Shown: in pieces, positions 1 through 9,186 of the stretch | Position numbering within the stretch: position 1 is the stretch's first letter | Layout of the letters: each line of letters starts with the position of its first letter | Assembly: GCA_002441205.1 (NCBI GenBank) | Contig: DJVN01000145.1 | Span: 32,512 to 75,054, forward strand | Length of the DNA: 42,543 nucleotides | Direction of reading: 5' to 3' | Source of the DNA: Syntrophaceae bacterium UBA6255 | GTDB taxonomy: Bacteria > Desulfobacterota > Syntrophia > Syntrophales > Smithellaceae | The notes under the pieces: generated by a model | Databases searched by the model: none | Told to the model about the DNA's origin: nothing | What the model saw: only the letters and a program-made list of their open reading frames with translations | Program-made: the position numbers and the translations under genes

Positions 1-354
1 ATGGTTTTATTCGAACTGCTGCGCACGGCCGCCGATCCCAAAGCAAAAGATTTTTTTAAGATTGTTAAATAAATATAGGATATATCAATATGAAAAAGTT
101 TACCTTGCCTTACGAAATCTGAAAAACTATTTGGGACAGGGACAGATTCCGAACTGCTTAATTTTCTTGTTTTTTGTCATTTGCTGTGAATCCAAACCTC
201 TTTGCTGACAGAATTATTAATGAGGGAATTCCCTAACCTTATGAAAAAAAGTTATTCATACATTAAAAGTAGAAAGGGGTATCGCTAAGCAATGTTTGAA
301 ATTTATTTAAGACGCGCTTAAACAATTGTTTTGCCTTTTTAAAATATAGTTTAT

Positions 355-1323
355 TTAAAAAACATTCACACTATCGAACTGCGGGTTGATTACATATTTC
401 CCCGTCTTGCCAATAAAACCTACTTTGACTTTACCGTGTCCGATTCCGACAGGCGCAAGACCATTCTCAAACCAAAAGGCAATGTCAAACTGCGGATGGA
501 TGACATACTTGCCATTTTTATCGATAAAACCAAACTCGCCGTCTTTCTTAACAGACGCAAGTCCTTCGGAAAACCAAAAGGCAAAGTCAAATTGAGGATT
601 GATGACATACTTTCCGGTTTTGTCAATAAAACCAAACCTGCCTCCATTTTTAACAACGGCAAGACCTTCTGAGAACCAAAATGCGCCATCAAACTGCGGG
701 TCGATGATGAACTTGCCCGTCTTGTCGATATAACCATATTTATCCCCAATTTTCACGGCTGCAAGTCCTTCGGAAAACCATCCGGCATCATCAAATTGTG
801 GTTTAATGATATATTTCCCAGTTTTATCTATAAAACCAACCCTGGTCTTGCCGTCTTTATGAGCGACAGCAGTCAAACCATCAGAGAACCATCCAGCCTC
901 TTCAAATTGCGGGTTGATTACATATTTGCCCGTTTTATCGATATAACCGACTTTGACTTTGTCGCCGGCAATTCCTACAGGGGCAAGACCATCATGGAAC
1001 AAAAATGCAATATCGAATTGCGGGTTGATTACATACTCGCCCGTCTTGTCGATAAAGCCCCATCTATTTCCAATTTTCACTGCTGCGAAGCCATCGGAGA
1101 ATCTTCCCGCTCCCTCAAACTGTGGCCTGATTACATATTTGCCGGTCTTGTCGATATAGCCCCATAAATCTCCCTTTTTAACAGGAAAAGATATGATTTC
1201 ATCGCCGGTCACTGAGAAGAGTTTTTCTTTCAAATTTGAAATGCTATTATTTTCACATGCAGAGAAAATAAAAAGGGAAATAAAACCGAATATTACAACG
1301 AGTACCTTCTTGATATTTATCAT
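355..1323 (-). CDS. WG-repeat (KWG-type) lipoprotein
   Basis: 322-aa ORF. Signal peptide with lipobox (LFIFSAC). About 9 tandem ~35-aa units of the form WG(Y/F)IDKTGKYVI.PQF..A..FSEGLA.V, typical of the WG-containing repeat family. Confidence 0.9.
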   Translation of the reverse strand: MINIKKVLVVIFGFISLFIFSACENNSISNLKEKLFSVTGDEIISFPVKKGDLWGYIDKTGKYVIRPQFEGAGRFSDGFAAVKIGNRWGFIDKTGEYVINPQFDIAFLFHDGLAPVGIAGDKVKVGYIDKTGKYVINPQFEEAGWFSDGLTAVAHKDGKTRVGFIDKTGKYIIKPQFDDAGWFSEGLAAVKIGDKYGYIDKTGKFIIDPQFDGAFWFSEGLAVVKNGGRFGFIDKTGKYVINPQFDFAFWFSEGLASVKKDGEFGFIDKNGKYVIHPQFDIAFWFENGLAPVGIGHGKVKVGFIGKTGKYVINPQFDSVNVF

Positions 1324-1540
1324 TACAAATCCTCCTCGTATATTCTACGTTAATATGCGAATAAGAACAGACGCTCCTTTGTAAACGTGATTTATGTTAA
1401 TGCATAATGATATTTTTTCCAACTCTTTTTTGAACATCAATATAGTTTTTTGTTTTTCCATTATGTTGTTTATGCTATGTTAAAAAAACCGTTCCTTCAA
1501 AAAAGCCCTTTAAGATATTATCAGAAAGGAGACAGCTGAG

Positions 1541-1963
1541 ATGAAAAGAATAATCGTATTTGTAGTTATCATTGCCATTTCAGTCTTGGCCGCTTCGTCT
1601 TGGGCGGCCAAGACTGAAAAAGAAAAAGCTGCCGTTGCAGTGGCGGGAAAGTGGCTAGCTCTTATCGATACAGGAAAATATTCGGATAGCTGGCGAGACG
1701 CAAACGAGTATTTCAAAAAATCTGTCAAACAGGATCCATGGGAAAATACTGTCCGTTCAGTCAGAAGAACTACAGGCAAAATGATTTCAAGAAAACTTAA
1801 AAATAAGATTGATAAGAAACCATCGCCTGGTGAACCGCAAGGCCAGTATATTATCGTCCAATATTCAACATCTTTTCAGAACAAAAAGTCAGCCACTGAA
1901 GAAGTTGTAACCACGCTTGACAAAGATGGCCGATGGAAAGTATCCGGCTATCACTTCTATTAA
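1541..1963 (+). CDS. secreted DUF4019-like protein
   Basis: 140-aa ORF with AGGAG 7 nt upstream and a cleavable signal peptide (VLAASSWA/AK). The pattern W..LID.GKY..SW...F.....W...V...R...G...SR...PG.P.G.Y.IVQY.T.F......TE.V....D.DG.W.V.GY matches my recollection of DUF4019. Confidence 0.75.
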   Translation: MKRIIVFVVIIAISVLAASSWAAKTEKEKAAVAVAGKWLALIDTGKYSDSWRDANEYFKKSVKQDPWENTVRSVRRTTGKMISRKLKNKIDKKPSPGEPQGQYIIVQYSTSFQNKKSATEEVVTTLDKDGRWKVSGYHFY

Positions 1964-1972
1964 AATTATTTT

Positions 1973-2020
1973 TATTCTGGCAGTCCCGCGGGAACTTGAA
2001 CATCGTTTTCCGGTGTGAGA
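1973..2020 (-). pseudogene. truncated, diverged copy of the tRNA-Glu 3' half (anticodon loop to CCA plus 5 nt of 3' flank)
   Basis: Ungapped alignment of 1973-2020 with 3241-3288 gives 41/48 identities. It covers the 3' flank tattc, CCA, acceptor 3' strand, T arm and the 3' side of the anticodon stem/loop. Similarity stops at the anticodon loop, the T stem no longer pairs, and no 5' half is present. Confidence 0.6.
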
Positions 2021-2146
2021 AGGCGATTATGAACGCACCGGACGTGTGCGAATATTTCTATCGTAAGATTTACGATTCCGTACGCGCATGCCCTTTCCAA
2101 AATTTTAGTCGGCAGCAGAAGAACCACGTGATTCCAAGGACAGTGC

Positions 2147-2187
2147 GTGAAAACGGCAGATAATCCTTTTGTCAGGATTATCTGCCG
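2147..2187 (-). terminator. Rho-independent terminator of the C39-like peptidase gene
   Basis: Perfect 14-bp stem cggcagataatcct / aggattatctgccg (2154-2187) with a 6-nt loop. It is followed on the minus strand by GTTTTC and lies 39 nt after the stop codon. Confidence 0.65.
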
Positions 2188-2225
2188 GCGGATGAAGGTC
2201 ATTTACTGATCATGCCGGCACGGTA

Positions 2226-3107
2226 TTAATGGCGGAACCCGACCCAGTTTCCATCCCATCGTGCATTGAGGACAAAGGGATCGTCTGATTTATACCAGTA
2301 ATCTTCTATGAAGAAGTCGAAGTCCACCTTTTGAATGAAACATATATCAGGGTTACCGCTGTCTATCGCTACGCAATCGCACTGGTTCCCCTGGTGATTT
2401 AGATCATTCGGGTCCATAAAGTAAACCACATTTGCAGAATCATCGTATCCGATCACCAGCACATAATGGCCCGAAGAAGGAATCCCCATGACCGGCGATC
2501 TCCACAGGTGTAATAGCACGGGAGAACCGGTATTCAAAAACGGAACAATTTGATTGAGAAAAATATTTCTTTTTTGCTCGGAAATGCCGTCCTCCGTTCC
2601 GGTGAGGTCATCGCCGTAATTGCCTGCCATCACCGCGCTATATAACGCGTTGTTACCTGATTCATCCAGAAGACCTTCTGCGGCCTTTACCAACGATGAA
2701 AGGTGGACGCCAGCCAGACTATTTAATGTATCATCTATATATTGAATATATATCGCTATTTGAGAAGCCGCTGAAAGTTCAGTTGGATAATTAATTTTAT
2801 CCGTGATTTCCGCAGGACAATCATCATCGACGATCCCAGTTTTTATATTTTTCAGGTGATCGCCATAGTATTTCATGACCATGTAAAAACTTGTCGCGCC
2901 GCACAGACCCGATTCCTGCGAAACATAGTAGTAGGATGGATTATTCCTGATCGTTTCATACGGTTGCTGCTGGGCAGCAGTTTGCCCGACAACTGCCGGG
3001 GAATAATCCTGTGAGTCTGCATCAGACGAATTAGAACAACCGCTGAACATAACGCTCGTCAGCAACAAGACAATAGCGAAATACAAACCAAAAATTTTTC
3101 TCATCAT
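2226..3107 (-). CDS. papain-like cysteine peptidase, C39-like domain, lipoprotein
   Basis: 293-aa ORF with lipobox VMFSGC. Candidate catalytic Cys in GLCGATSFYMVMKYYG and catalytic His in SGHYVLVIGYDDS...YFMDPN, as in Peptidase_C39-like (C39_2) proteins. Confidence 0.8.
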   Translation of the reverse strand: MMRKIFGLYFAIVLLLTSVMFSGCSNSSDADSQDYSPAVVGQTAAQQQPYETIRNNPSYYYVSQESGLCGATSFYMVMKYYGDHLKNIKTGIVDDDCPAEITDKINYPTELSAASQIAIYIQYIDDTLNSLAGVHLSSLVKAAEGLLDESGNNALYSAVMAGNYGDDLTGTEDGISEQKRNIFLNQIVPFLNTGSPVLLHLWRSPVMGIPSSGHYVLVIGYDDSANVVYFMDPNDLNHQGNQCDCVAIDSGNPDICFIQKVDFDFFIEDYWYKSDDPFVLNARWDGNWVGFRH

Positions 3108-3245
3108 CTTTTCTTTATCCTATATTCTGAATTAAAAGTAAAATCGATTTATTTAATGACATAGCGCGTGTGTTGAGCATTTGAGTTTTATGAATAGCGT
3201 ATGCCGATAAAATTTTGTATATTTATTAAGGATTTAATTATATTC

Positions 3246-3320
3246 TGGTAGTCCCACGGGGACTTGAACCCCGGTTTCCGGCGTGAGAGGCCAGCGTCCT
3301 AACCACTAGACGATGGGACC
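3246..3320 (-). tRNA. tRNA-Glu (anticodon CUC)
   Basis: Minus strand reads GGTCCCA TC GTCT AGTGGTTA GGAC G CTGGC CTCTCAC GCCGG AAAC CGGGG TTCAAGT CCCCG TGGGACT A CCA. This is a full 75-nt cloverleaf with U8, a GTTCAAGT T loop and encoded CCA. Pair 1-72 is a G.U wobble. Confidence 0.92.
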
Positions 3321-3538
3321 ATTTTGGTGGGACGGTATTCGAAACTGACTGACAATTTTCGAGACAGAACTCCTGCAGTCAGACGATTTCCCAGCAAAGC
3401 AGAGGGTTGAGTATCTATTTAAACATATTGTAAAAGTCAAGGTAAAATTGGGTAATTCCCCTATCCTTTTCTCGGTAACATTTCTTAATGGGTCAAGAGG
3501 AATAACCGTGAATATAAATCCACCCAAAAATAAAAAAT

Positions 3539-4939
3539 TTAGTTGCGCGATTCAATATAGGCTATCGCGTTATTAATTTTTTTTATCACACGATCTTTAC
3601 CAAATGTGACCATGACTTCGTCAATACCGGGACTTACTGTTTTACCGGTAAGGGCCACACGCAACGGCTGTGCGATTACCTTAAATTTGATATTATGTTT
3701 CTCTATGAAGCTCTTGAGGAATTCTTCGATACGTTCCTTGCTGAAATCCTGTACTGCGGAAATCCCGACAACCATAGCCTTTAAATACCCGGAAATTTCC
3801 GGTGTTAAAAACTTCCGCGCTGCCTGCTCTTCGTAGTGAATCTCATCGGCAAAATAAAAATCAGCCATATTAGCCAATTCTACAAGCGTTTTAACCCGCG
3901 GTTGTAAATCAGCGATAACTTGTTTGATAAAACCGGCGTCACTCGTATTCGTGCCGTCTGGCCATAGTGGTTTCATTTCTTCCATCAGCCGCTCAGAAGA
4001 CGATTCTTTAATATAATGAGCGTTGAGCCAAAGAAGCTTATCGGGATTGAAAACGGCTGGCGATTTTCCGACCGCTTCCATACTGAAAAATTCGACCAAC
4101 TGCGCCATCGAAAAAATTTCCTGATCGCCGTGCGCCCAACCCAGGCGAACCAGATAATTTACCAACGCCTCCGGCAAGTAACCCATTTCCTTATAGGCCA
4201 TAACCGAAGTAGCGCCGTGACGTTTGCTCAAACGTGTCTTGTCGCTTCCCAATATCATGGGAACATGGGCGAATTTTGGCACATCAAAACCCAGCGCCTG
4301 ATACATCAGAATCTGACGGGGAGTATTATTAACATGGTCATCTCCTCGAATGACATGAGTTATATTCATAAGAGCGTCATCAACGACTACAGCAAAATTA
4401 TACGTGGGATAACCATCACTCCGCTCGATAATTAAATCGTCCAGTTCGTCATTGTTAAAGATAATATTGCCTTTAATTAAATCTTCAACAACTGTGGCGC
4501 CATCCTGCTTGCTGTGAAAACGCACGACGCTGTTTTCCGATTTGGTCAGTTTCTTATCGCGGCATGTTCCGTCATATTTAGGTTTTTTACCGGTTGCCAG
4601 AGCTTTTTTTCTTTTTTCTTCCAACTCTTCAGGCGTGCAGGTGCAATAGTAGGCGTGACCTTCTTTGATTAATTTTTGAACCATTTCTCTATGCAGGTCA
4701 ACCCGTTGTGCCTGAAAATACGGACCTTCGTCCCAATTCAATCCCAGCCAAACCATGGCATCAAGGATTGCTTTGGTTGATTCGTGAGTTGAACGCTGTT
4801 GATCTGTATCTTCGATACGCAAAACAAAGTCTCCACCGTTATGGCGAGCGAAGAGCCAGTTAAAAAGAGCGGTTCTCGCTCCACCGATATGTAAAAATCC
4901 CGTCGGAGAAGGAGCAAAACGAGTTCTTATTTTTCCCAT
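3539..4939 (-). CDS. gltX: glutamate--tRNA ligase
   Basis: 466 aa. Class I HIGH motif (LHIGGARTALFNW) and KMSKS variant (RLSKRHG), with GluRS-wide similarity and a Cys cluster CTC...C. Confidence 0.97.
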   Translation of the reverse strand: MGKIRTRFAPSPTGFLHIGGARTALFNWLFARHNGGDFVLRIEDTDQQRSTHESTKAILDAMVWLGLNWDEGPYFQAQRVDLHREMVQKLIKEGHAYYCTCTPEELEEKRKKALATGKKPKYDGTCRDKKLTKSENSVVRFHSKQDGATVVEDLIKGNIIFNNDELDDLIIERSDGYPTYNFAVVVDDALMNITHVIRGDDHVNNTPRQILMYQALGFDVPKFAHVPMILGSDKTRLSKRHGATSVMAYKEMGYLPEALVNYLVRLGWAHGDQEIFSMAQLVEFFSMEAVGKSPAVFNPDKLLWLNAHYIKESSSERLMEEMKPLWPDGTNTSDAGFIKQVIADLQPRVKTLVELANMADFYFADEIHYEEQAARKFLTPEISGYLKAMVVGISAVQDFSKERIEEFLKSFIEKHNIKFKVIAQPLRVALTGKTVSPGIDEVMVTFGKDRVIKKINNAIAYIESRN

Positions 4940-5164
4940 TATTGATTTCCTGTATTTTTTGTAATCTTATAGAATTGAGATCCACTTTTTGTCAAGTTCC
5001 ATAATTTTTGTTTATTAATAGTCCGGTTAAGCAGTAAAAATCAATTTAAAATTCAGGTGGTTAACCGGAGATACAAATAAATAAATTGTACTTGACAATA
5101 AAAAGATTTTATAATTAACTCGCAAGGTTAAATATACGGTAGTTTTTTTGATAACAGACTTGTT

Positions 5165-5707
5165 ATGGCTAATTCTTTGAAAATTAACGTTTTTTTGATT
5201 CCGGAAGAAGGGCAACACTACGTTTTTTCCGAGGGAGATGCCTGGTTTAAAGGATGCTTTAAAGAAGGCGAAACTCCTGATTTTTCTCTGGAGCAGATAG
5301 ATGTACGTTGCTTGATAACAAAAACTGCAGGTACCGTTTTTATTAAAGGGTCGTTTTCCGCCTCGATTGGTATTTGCTGTAGCCGTTGTCTGGAAAATAC
5401 AAAGCTATCAATCGGCAGTGATTTTGCTTATACTCTTGTGCCAGCTAAAATGGAGACTGTTGAAGATTTGGAGCTTAAACCGGAAGAATTGGAGATCAGT
5501 TATTATCAGGGTGATTTTATTGACCTTACGCCTATTATCTGTGAGCAGATCATTTTACAGATACCCATTAAAGTTCTGTGCAAGGAAGAATGCAAAGGTC
5601 TGTGTCAGCAATGCGGCGCCAATTTGAATATTTCTTTATGTCATTGCGGTTCGCGCTCTTTTGACAGCCGCATGGCCGTATTAAAAAATTTTAAAATAAA
5701 AAACTAA
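5165..5707 (+). CDS. yceD: DUF177 / YceD family protein (23S rRNA accumulation protein)
   Basis: 180 aa, directly upstream of rpmF as in the conserved yceD-rpmF unit. C-terminal CxxC...CxxC cluster (CKEECKGLCQQCGANLN..CHC). Confidence 0.85.
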   Translation: MANSLKINVFLIPEEGQHYVFSEGDAWFKGCFKEGETPDFSLEQIDVRCLITKTAGTVFIKGSFSASIGICCSRCLENTKLSIGSDFAYTLVPAKMETVEDLELKPEELEISYYQGDFIDLTPIICEQIILQIPIKVLCKEECKGLCQQCGANLNISLCHCGSRSFDSRMAVLKNFKIKN

Positions 5708-5726
5708 TTATAGAAAAAGGTGAATT

Positions 5727-5912
5727 ATGCCAAATCCAGTAAAACGACATTCCAAAACCAGACGAAATCAGAGAAGGGCGAATGATTTTCTAAAAGCTCC
5801 TTCTATGTCCCTGTGTCCGCAGTGCAATGAGCCCAAAATGCCGCATCGTGTATGTCCCACATGCGAAACCTACCGCGGCAGGGAATACAGAAAAGCGGAA
5901 AAGAATGACTAG
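5727..5912 (+). CDS. rpmF: 50S ribosomal protein L32
   Basis: 61 aa starting MPNPVKRHSKTRRNQRRA, with zinc-ribbon cysteines CPQC...CPTC. Confidence 0.95.
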   Translation: MPNPVKRHSKTRRNQRRANDFLKAPSMSLCPQCNEPKMPHRVCPTCETYRGREYRKAEKND

Positions 5913-6072
5913 ATTAAAATTTTTTTGAATTCTGCTTTTTTTCATTTGAATTAGGAAGTATCTTCGAACATTAAAGTGGACGCACGATACCGCCATCTGT
6001 CGTTACAATAGATTATAATGAAGATAAATTGATCTAAAACGAGGTCAATTCAAGATTTGAGGAGGAATTTTC

Positions 6073-6309
6073 ATGACGTTAGAAGAAAAAGTCATTAATA
6101 TTATTGTCGAGCAGCTTGACGTCACAAAGGAAGAATGCGTTTTGGAAGCATCTTTTATTGACGATTTGGGAGCTGATTCTCTGGATATTGTAGAGCTTCT
6201 CATGGAAATGGAAGAAGCTTTTGGTATAGAGATAGCTGATGAAGAACTTGAAAAGATTGCCACCATACAAGACGTAGTTGATTTTCTTAAGCAGAAAGGC
6301 GTTAAATAA
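6073..6309 (+). CDS. acpP: acyl carrier protein
   Basis: 78 aa with the phosphopantetheine attachment motif [15 protein letters not shown] lies 7 nt upstream. Confidence 0.95.
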   Translation: MTLEEKVINIIVEQLDVTKEECVLEASFIDDLGADSLDIVELLMEMEEAFGIEIADEELEKIATIQDVVDFLKQKGVK

Positions 6310-6333
6310 AACTGCCTGACAGGATTTTTGCCA

Positions 6334-7581
6334 ATGAAAAGGCGTGTCGTTGTAACGGGTCTTGGTGCATTGACTCCCCTGGGAAATTCAGTTGATGAAT
6401 CATGGGAAGGCGCGAAAGCGGGTCAATCAGGTATCGGACCGATTACAAAATTTGACAGTAGTTCTTTTAAAACAAGAATTGCCGGAGAAGTAAAAAATTT
6501 CGATCCCCTTCAATATGTCAGCAAACAGGAAGTTCGTCGTTACGATGATTTCATTCTTTACGCTCTTGCCGCCTCGGAAATGGCACTGACCGACGCAAAC
6601 CTGACGATTGGCTCTGAATTTTCCGACCGAACCGGCGTAATCATCGGTTCGGCTATCGGGGGGCTGGCCACGCTGGAAGAAGAATATAAGAATCTGTTGA
6701 ATGCCGGTCCCCGAAAAATTTCTCCATTTGCGGTTCCGGCCATCCTGGCCAATCTCGCATCCGGTCAGGTTTCCATCAGATTTGGAGCGAAGGGACCCAT
6801 CAATTGCGCCGTCACCGCTTGCGCAGCGGGGACATCGGCCATTGGAGACGCTTACAAAACAATCACCTATGGAGATGCCGATGTGATGATTGCCGGCGGT
6901 ACGGAAGCGGCCGTGACACCAATGGCTGTCGCCGGTTTCGGTTCCATGCGGGCGCTGTCCGTTAGAAACGATGACCCGCAAAAAGCCAGCAGACCGTTCG
7001 ATCAAGACCGTGATGGTTTTATTATCGGCGAGGGTTGCGGTATCATTGTGTTAGAAGAATTATCATTCGCATTAAATAGAGGAGCGCGTATTTACGCGGA
7101 ACTGGCCGGTTACGGTTGCACCTCTGACGCTTTTCATATGGCTGCTCCACCGCCCGGTCACGAAGGCGCTGCTCGCAGTATGCGCGTTGCGATAAAAGAT
7201 GCCGGTTTAAATCCGGAAGATGTTGATTACATCAACGCTCACGGCACATCAACGCCGCTTAACGATTTATATGAAACCCAGGCCATTAAGTCTCTCTTTG
7301 GCGAACACGCAAGCAAGCTGATGGTGAGTTCCACAAAATCCATGACCGGTCACATGCTGGGAGGCACCGGAGGAGTAGAGGCGATTTTCGCTGTTAAAGC
7401 TCTGCAGGAAGGCTTGATTCCGCCGACAATTAATTTGGATAATCCCATTGAGGGATGCGATCTTGATTTTGTGCCCCATGTCGCCAGAAGGAAGGAAATT
7501 AATACCGCCCTGTCGAACACCTTTGGTTTTGGCGGCGTCAACACGGTTTTATTGTTTCGAAAATATAATGAGACTCTCTAA
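6334..7581 (+). CDS. fabF: 3-oxoacyl-ACP synthase II
   Basis: KAS II signature throughout: active-site Cys in AVTACAAG, HGTSTP, and GH..G..G. I prefer the ATG at 6334 (MKRRVVVTGLG) over the TTG at 6328 in the ORF track. The last 5 codons lie inside a repeat unit (see findings). Confidence 0.95.
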   Translation: MKRRVVVTGLGALTPLGNSVDESWEGAKAGQSGIGPITKFDSSSFKTRIAGEVKNFDPLQYVSKQEVRRYDDFILYALAASEMALTDANLTIGSEFSDRTGVIIGSAIGGLATLEEEYKNLLNAGPRKISPFAVPAILANLASGQVSIRFGAKGPINCAVTACAAGTSAIGDAYKTITYGDADVMIAGGTEAAVTPMAVAGFGSMRALSVRNDDPQKASRPFDQDRDGFIIGEGCGIIVLEELSFALNRGARIYAELAGYGCTSDAFHMAAPPPGHEGAARSMRVAIKDAGLNPEDVDYINAHGTSTPLNDLYETQAIKSLFGEHASKLMVSSTKSMTGHMLGGTGGVEAIFAVKALQEGLIPPTINLDNPIEGCDLDFVPHVARRKEINTALSNTFGFGGVNTVLLFRKYNETL

Positions 7582-7868
7582 GAACAAGCGAAGCGAAGTT
7601 CGAAGCGTTAGTCGCATTATCCCGCAAAGCGGTGGTAGCGCGCTGAAATTTGTTGGACGTAATGAAACTTAAATTTTATAAGCGTAGTGTAATAAAATTT
7701 TTTAGTTGAATTATCCAATCACGATTCATCGGGATTGGAAACTATCCTAGGAGCGAAGCAACGTAGGATAATGAGACTCGCTGAAGACGAATCCCGACGA
7801 GTTGGGATGATATCTGAAGCGTTAGTCGAATTATCCCTCCGGTGCAACCGGCAGGGATAAGGGATTAG
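7565..7868 (+). repeat. cluster of REP-like hairpin modules (five TATCC...GGATA stem-loops, two copies of a ~60-nt unit)
   Basis: Hairpins at 7622-7632, 7714-7739, 7743-7770, 7791-7808 and 7832-7859. The unit ataatgagactc...gaagcgttagtcg(c/a)attatccc occurs at 7565-7623 and 7768-7838. The motif gcgc(g/a)ctgaaatttgttggacg recurs at 27750-27771. Confidence 0.7.
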
Positions 7869-7898
7869 AAATTAAGAATTAAGGAGAGAACAAATTTC

Positions 7899-9149
7899 AT
7901 GTCTTTTTTAGAAAAAGTTGATTTGGAAGTAAGCCAAGCCATTGATCTGGAAACACGCCGGCAGGCAGGAAAAATAGAATTGATTGCTTCGGAAAATTTT
8001 GTCAGTGAAGCGGTGCTGGAAGCGCAGGGTTCCGTGATGACCAACAAGTACGCTGAAGGTTATCCGGAGAAACGCTACTATGGCGGATGCGAATATGTTG
8101 ATATTGTGGAAACCCTGGCCATTGAACGCTGTAAAAAACTATTCGGCGCTGATCACGTCAATGTTCAACCGCATTCAGGCACGCAGGCGAATATGGCGGT
8201 GTATTTTGCCGTTGCGCAGCCGGGTGATACGATTCTGGGAATGAACCTGTCCCATGGCGGACATCTTTCTCACGGCAGTCCGGCCAACTTCTCCGGCAAG
8301 TTTTATAAGATTGTGCCCTACGGCGTCAACAGGGAAACAGAAATTATTGATTTTGATGAAGTGGAAAAACAGGCCAAAGAACACAAGCCCAAAATGATTA
8401 TTGTCGGCGCCAGCGCTTATCCGCGAACGATCGATTTTGACAAATTCCGCAAAATCGCCGATGGAGTCGGGGCTGTGATTATGGCCGATATCGCTCATAT
8501 CGCGGGACTTGTCTGCACGGGACTGCATCCCACTCCGGTTCCGGTTTGTGAATATGTCACGACTACAACGCATAAAACTCTGCGCGGACCGCGCGGCGGT
8601 GTGGTCATGTGCAAGGAAGCTTACGCTAAAACGCTGAACAGCAGGGTTTTCCCGGGCATGCAGGGCGGCCCGCTGATGCATGTTATTGCCGCCAAGGCCG
8701 TTGCCTTCAAGGAAGCGCTTCAGCCGGAATTCAAGAAATATCAGAAACAGATCATTAAAAACGCACAGGCGATGGCCGATGAACTGAAGAATCAGGGCTT
8801 CCGTCTTGTTTCCGGCGGAACCGACAATCATCTCATGCTGGTCGATTTGACGGACAAAAATGTCACCGGAAAGGACGCGCAGGACGCCCTTGATCGCGCC
8901 TCCATCACCGTCAACAAAAACGGCATTCCCTTTGATACGAAAGGGCCCCAGGTGACCAGCGGCATCAGGATCGGAACGCCCGCCGTAACCACGAGGGGCA
9001 TGAAGGAAAGCGATATGCGCCTGATCGCATCGTATATTGCGGATGTGATTAAGAATATCGATAACGACCAGACGATCAAATCGGTTGCACAAAAGGTTAA
9101 GGAGCTTTGCGATCGCTTTCCGCTGTATCAGGGGCGGCTCAAAAAGTAA
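7899..9149 (+). CDS. glyA: serine hydroxymethyltransferase
   Basis: 416 aa with SHMT-wide similarity and the PLP-lysine motif [14 protein letters not shown]. Confidence 0.97.
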   Translation: MSFLEKVDLEVSQAIDLETRRQAGKIELIASENFVSEAVLEAQGSVMTNKYAEGYPEKRYYGGCEYVDIVETLAIERCKKLFGADHVNVQPHSGTQANMAVYFAVAQPGDTILGMNLSHGGHLSHGSPANFSGKFYKIVPYGVNRETEIIDFDEVEKQAKEHKPKMIIVGASAYPRTIDFDKFRKIADGVGAVIMADIAHIAGLVCTGLHPTPVPVCEYVTTTTHKTLRGPRGGVVMCKEAYAKTLNSRVFPGMQGGPLMHVIAAKAVAFKEALQPEFKKYQKQIIKNAQAMADELKNQGFRLVSGGTDNHLMLVDLTDKNVTGKDAQDALDRASITVNKNGIPFDTKGPQVTSGIRIGTPAVTTRGMKESDMRLIASYIADVIKNIDNDQTIKSVAQKVKELCDRFPLYQGRLKK

Positions 9150-9186
9150 AATACAAACCATTATGTATTTGTGATAGAAAACGATT

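Noticed and set aside
1-72. Possible 3' end of a plus-strand CDS running into the window (frame 1, stop at 70-72). Likewise a possible CDS start at 42506-42543 (GGAG, 6-nt spacer, ATG).
   Set aside because: They cover only 23 and 12 codons. That is too short to support as features from sequence alone, so I note them only as likely truncated genes at the window edges.
355-1323. Strong ~105-bp periodicity in the DNA.
   Set aside because: It is fully explained by the ~35-aa WG repeats of the encoded lipoprotein.
3306-3527. 73-aa ORF overlapping the tRNA-Glu gene and the gltX-tRNA spacer.
   Set aside because: It overlaps a canonical tRNA on the same strand, has no RBS and has no recognisable product.
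7565-7868. Possible CRISPR array, because of regularly recurring short palindromic units between fabF and glyA.
   Set aside because: The units are not identical direct repeats and only the stem bases are shared. Spacing is irregular (about 30-95 bp), there are no unique spacers of constant length, and no cas genes are in the window. A REP/BIME-like interpretation fits better.
8175-9161. 328-aa ORF antisense to glyA. The same applies to the other long antisense ORFs in the track, for example 11445-11993, 12015-12527, 6427-7005, 28946-29305 and 38222-38704.
   Set aside because: Each lies opposite a confidently identified, full-length conserved gene. Their products are low-complexity and Arg/Gly/His-rich, which is the typical shadow-ORF artefact.
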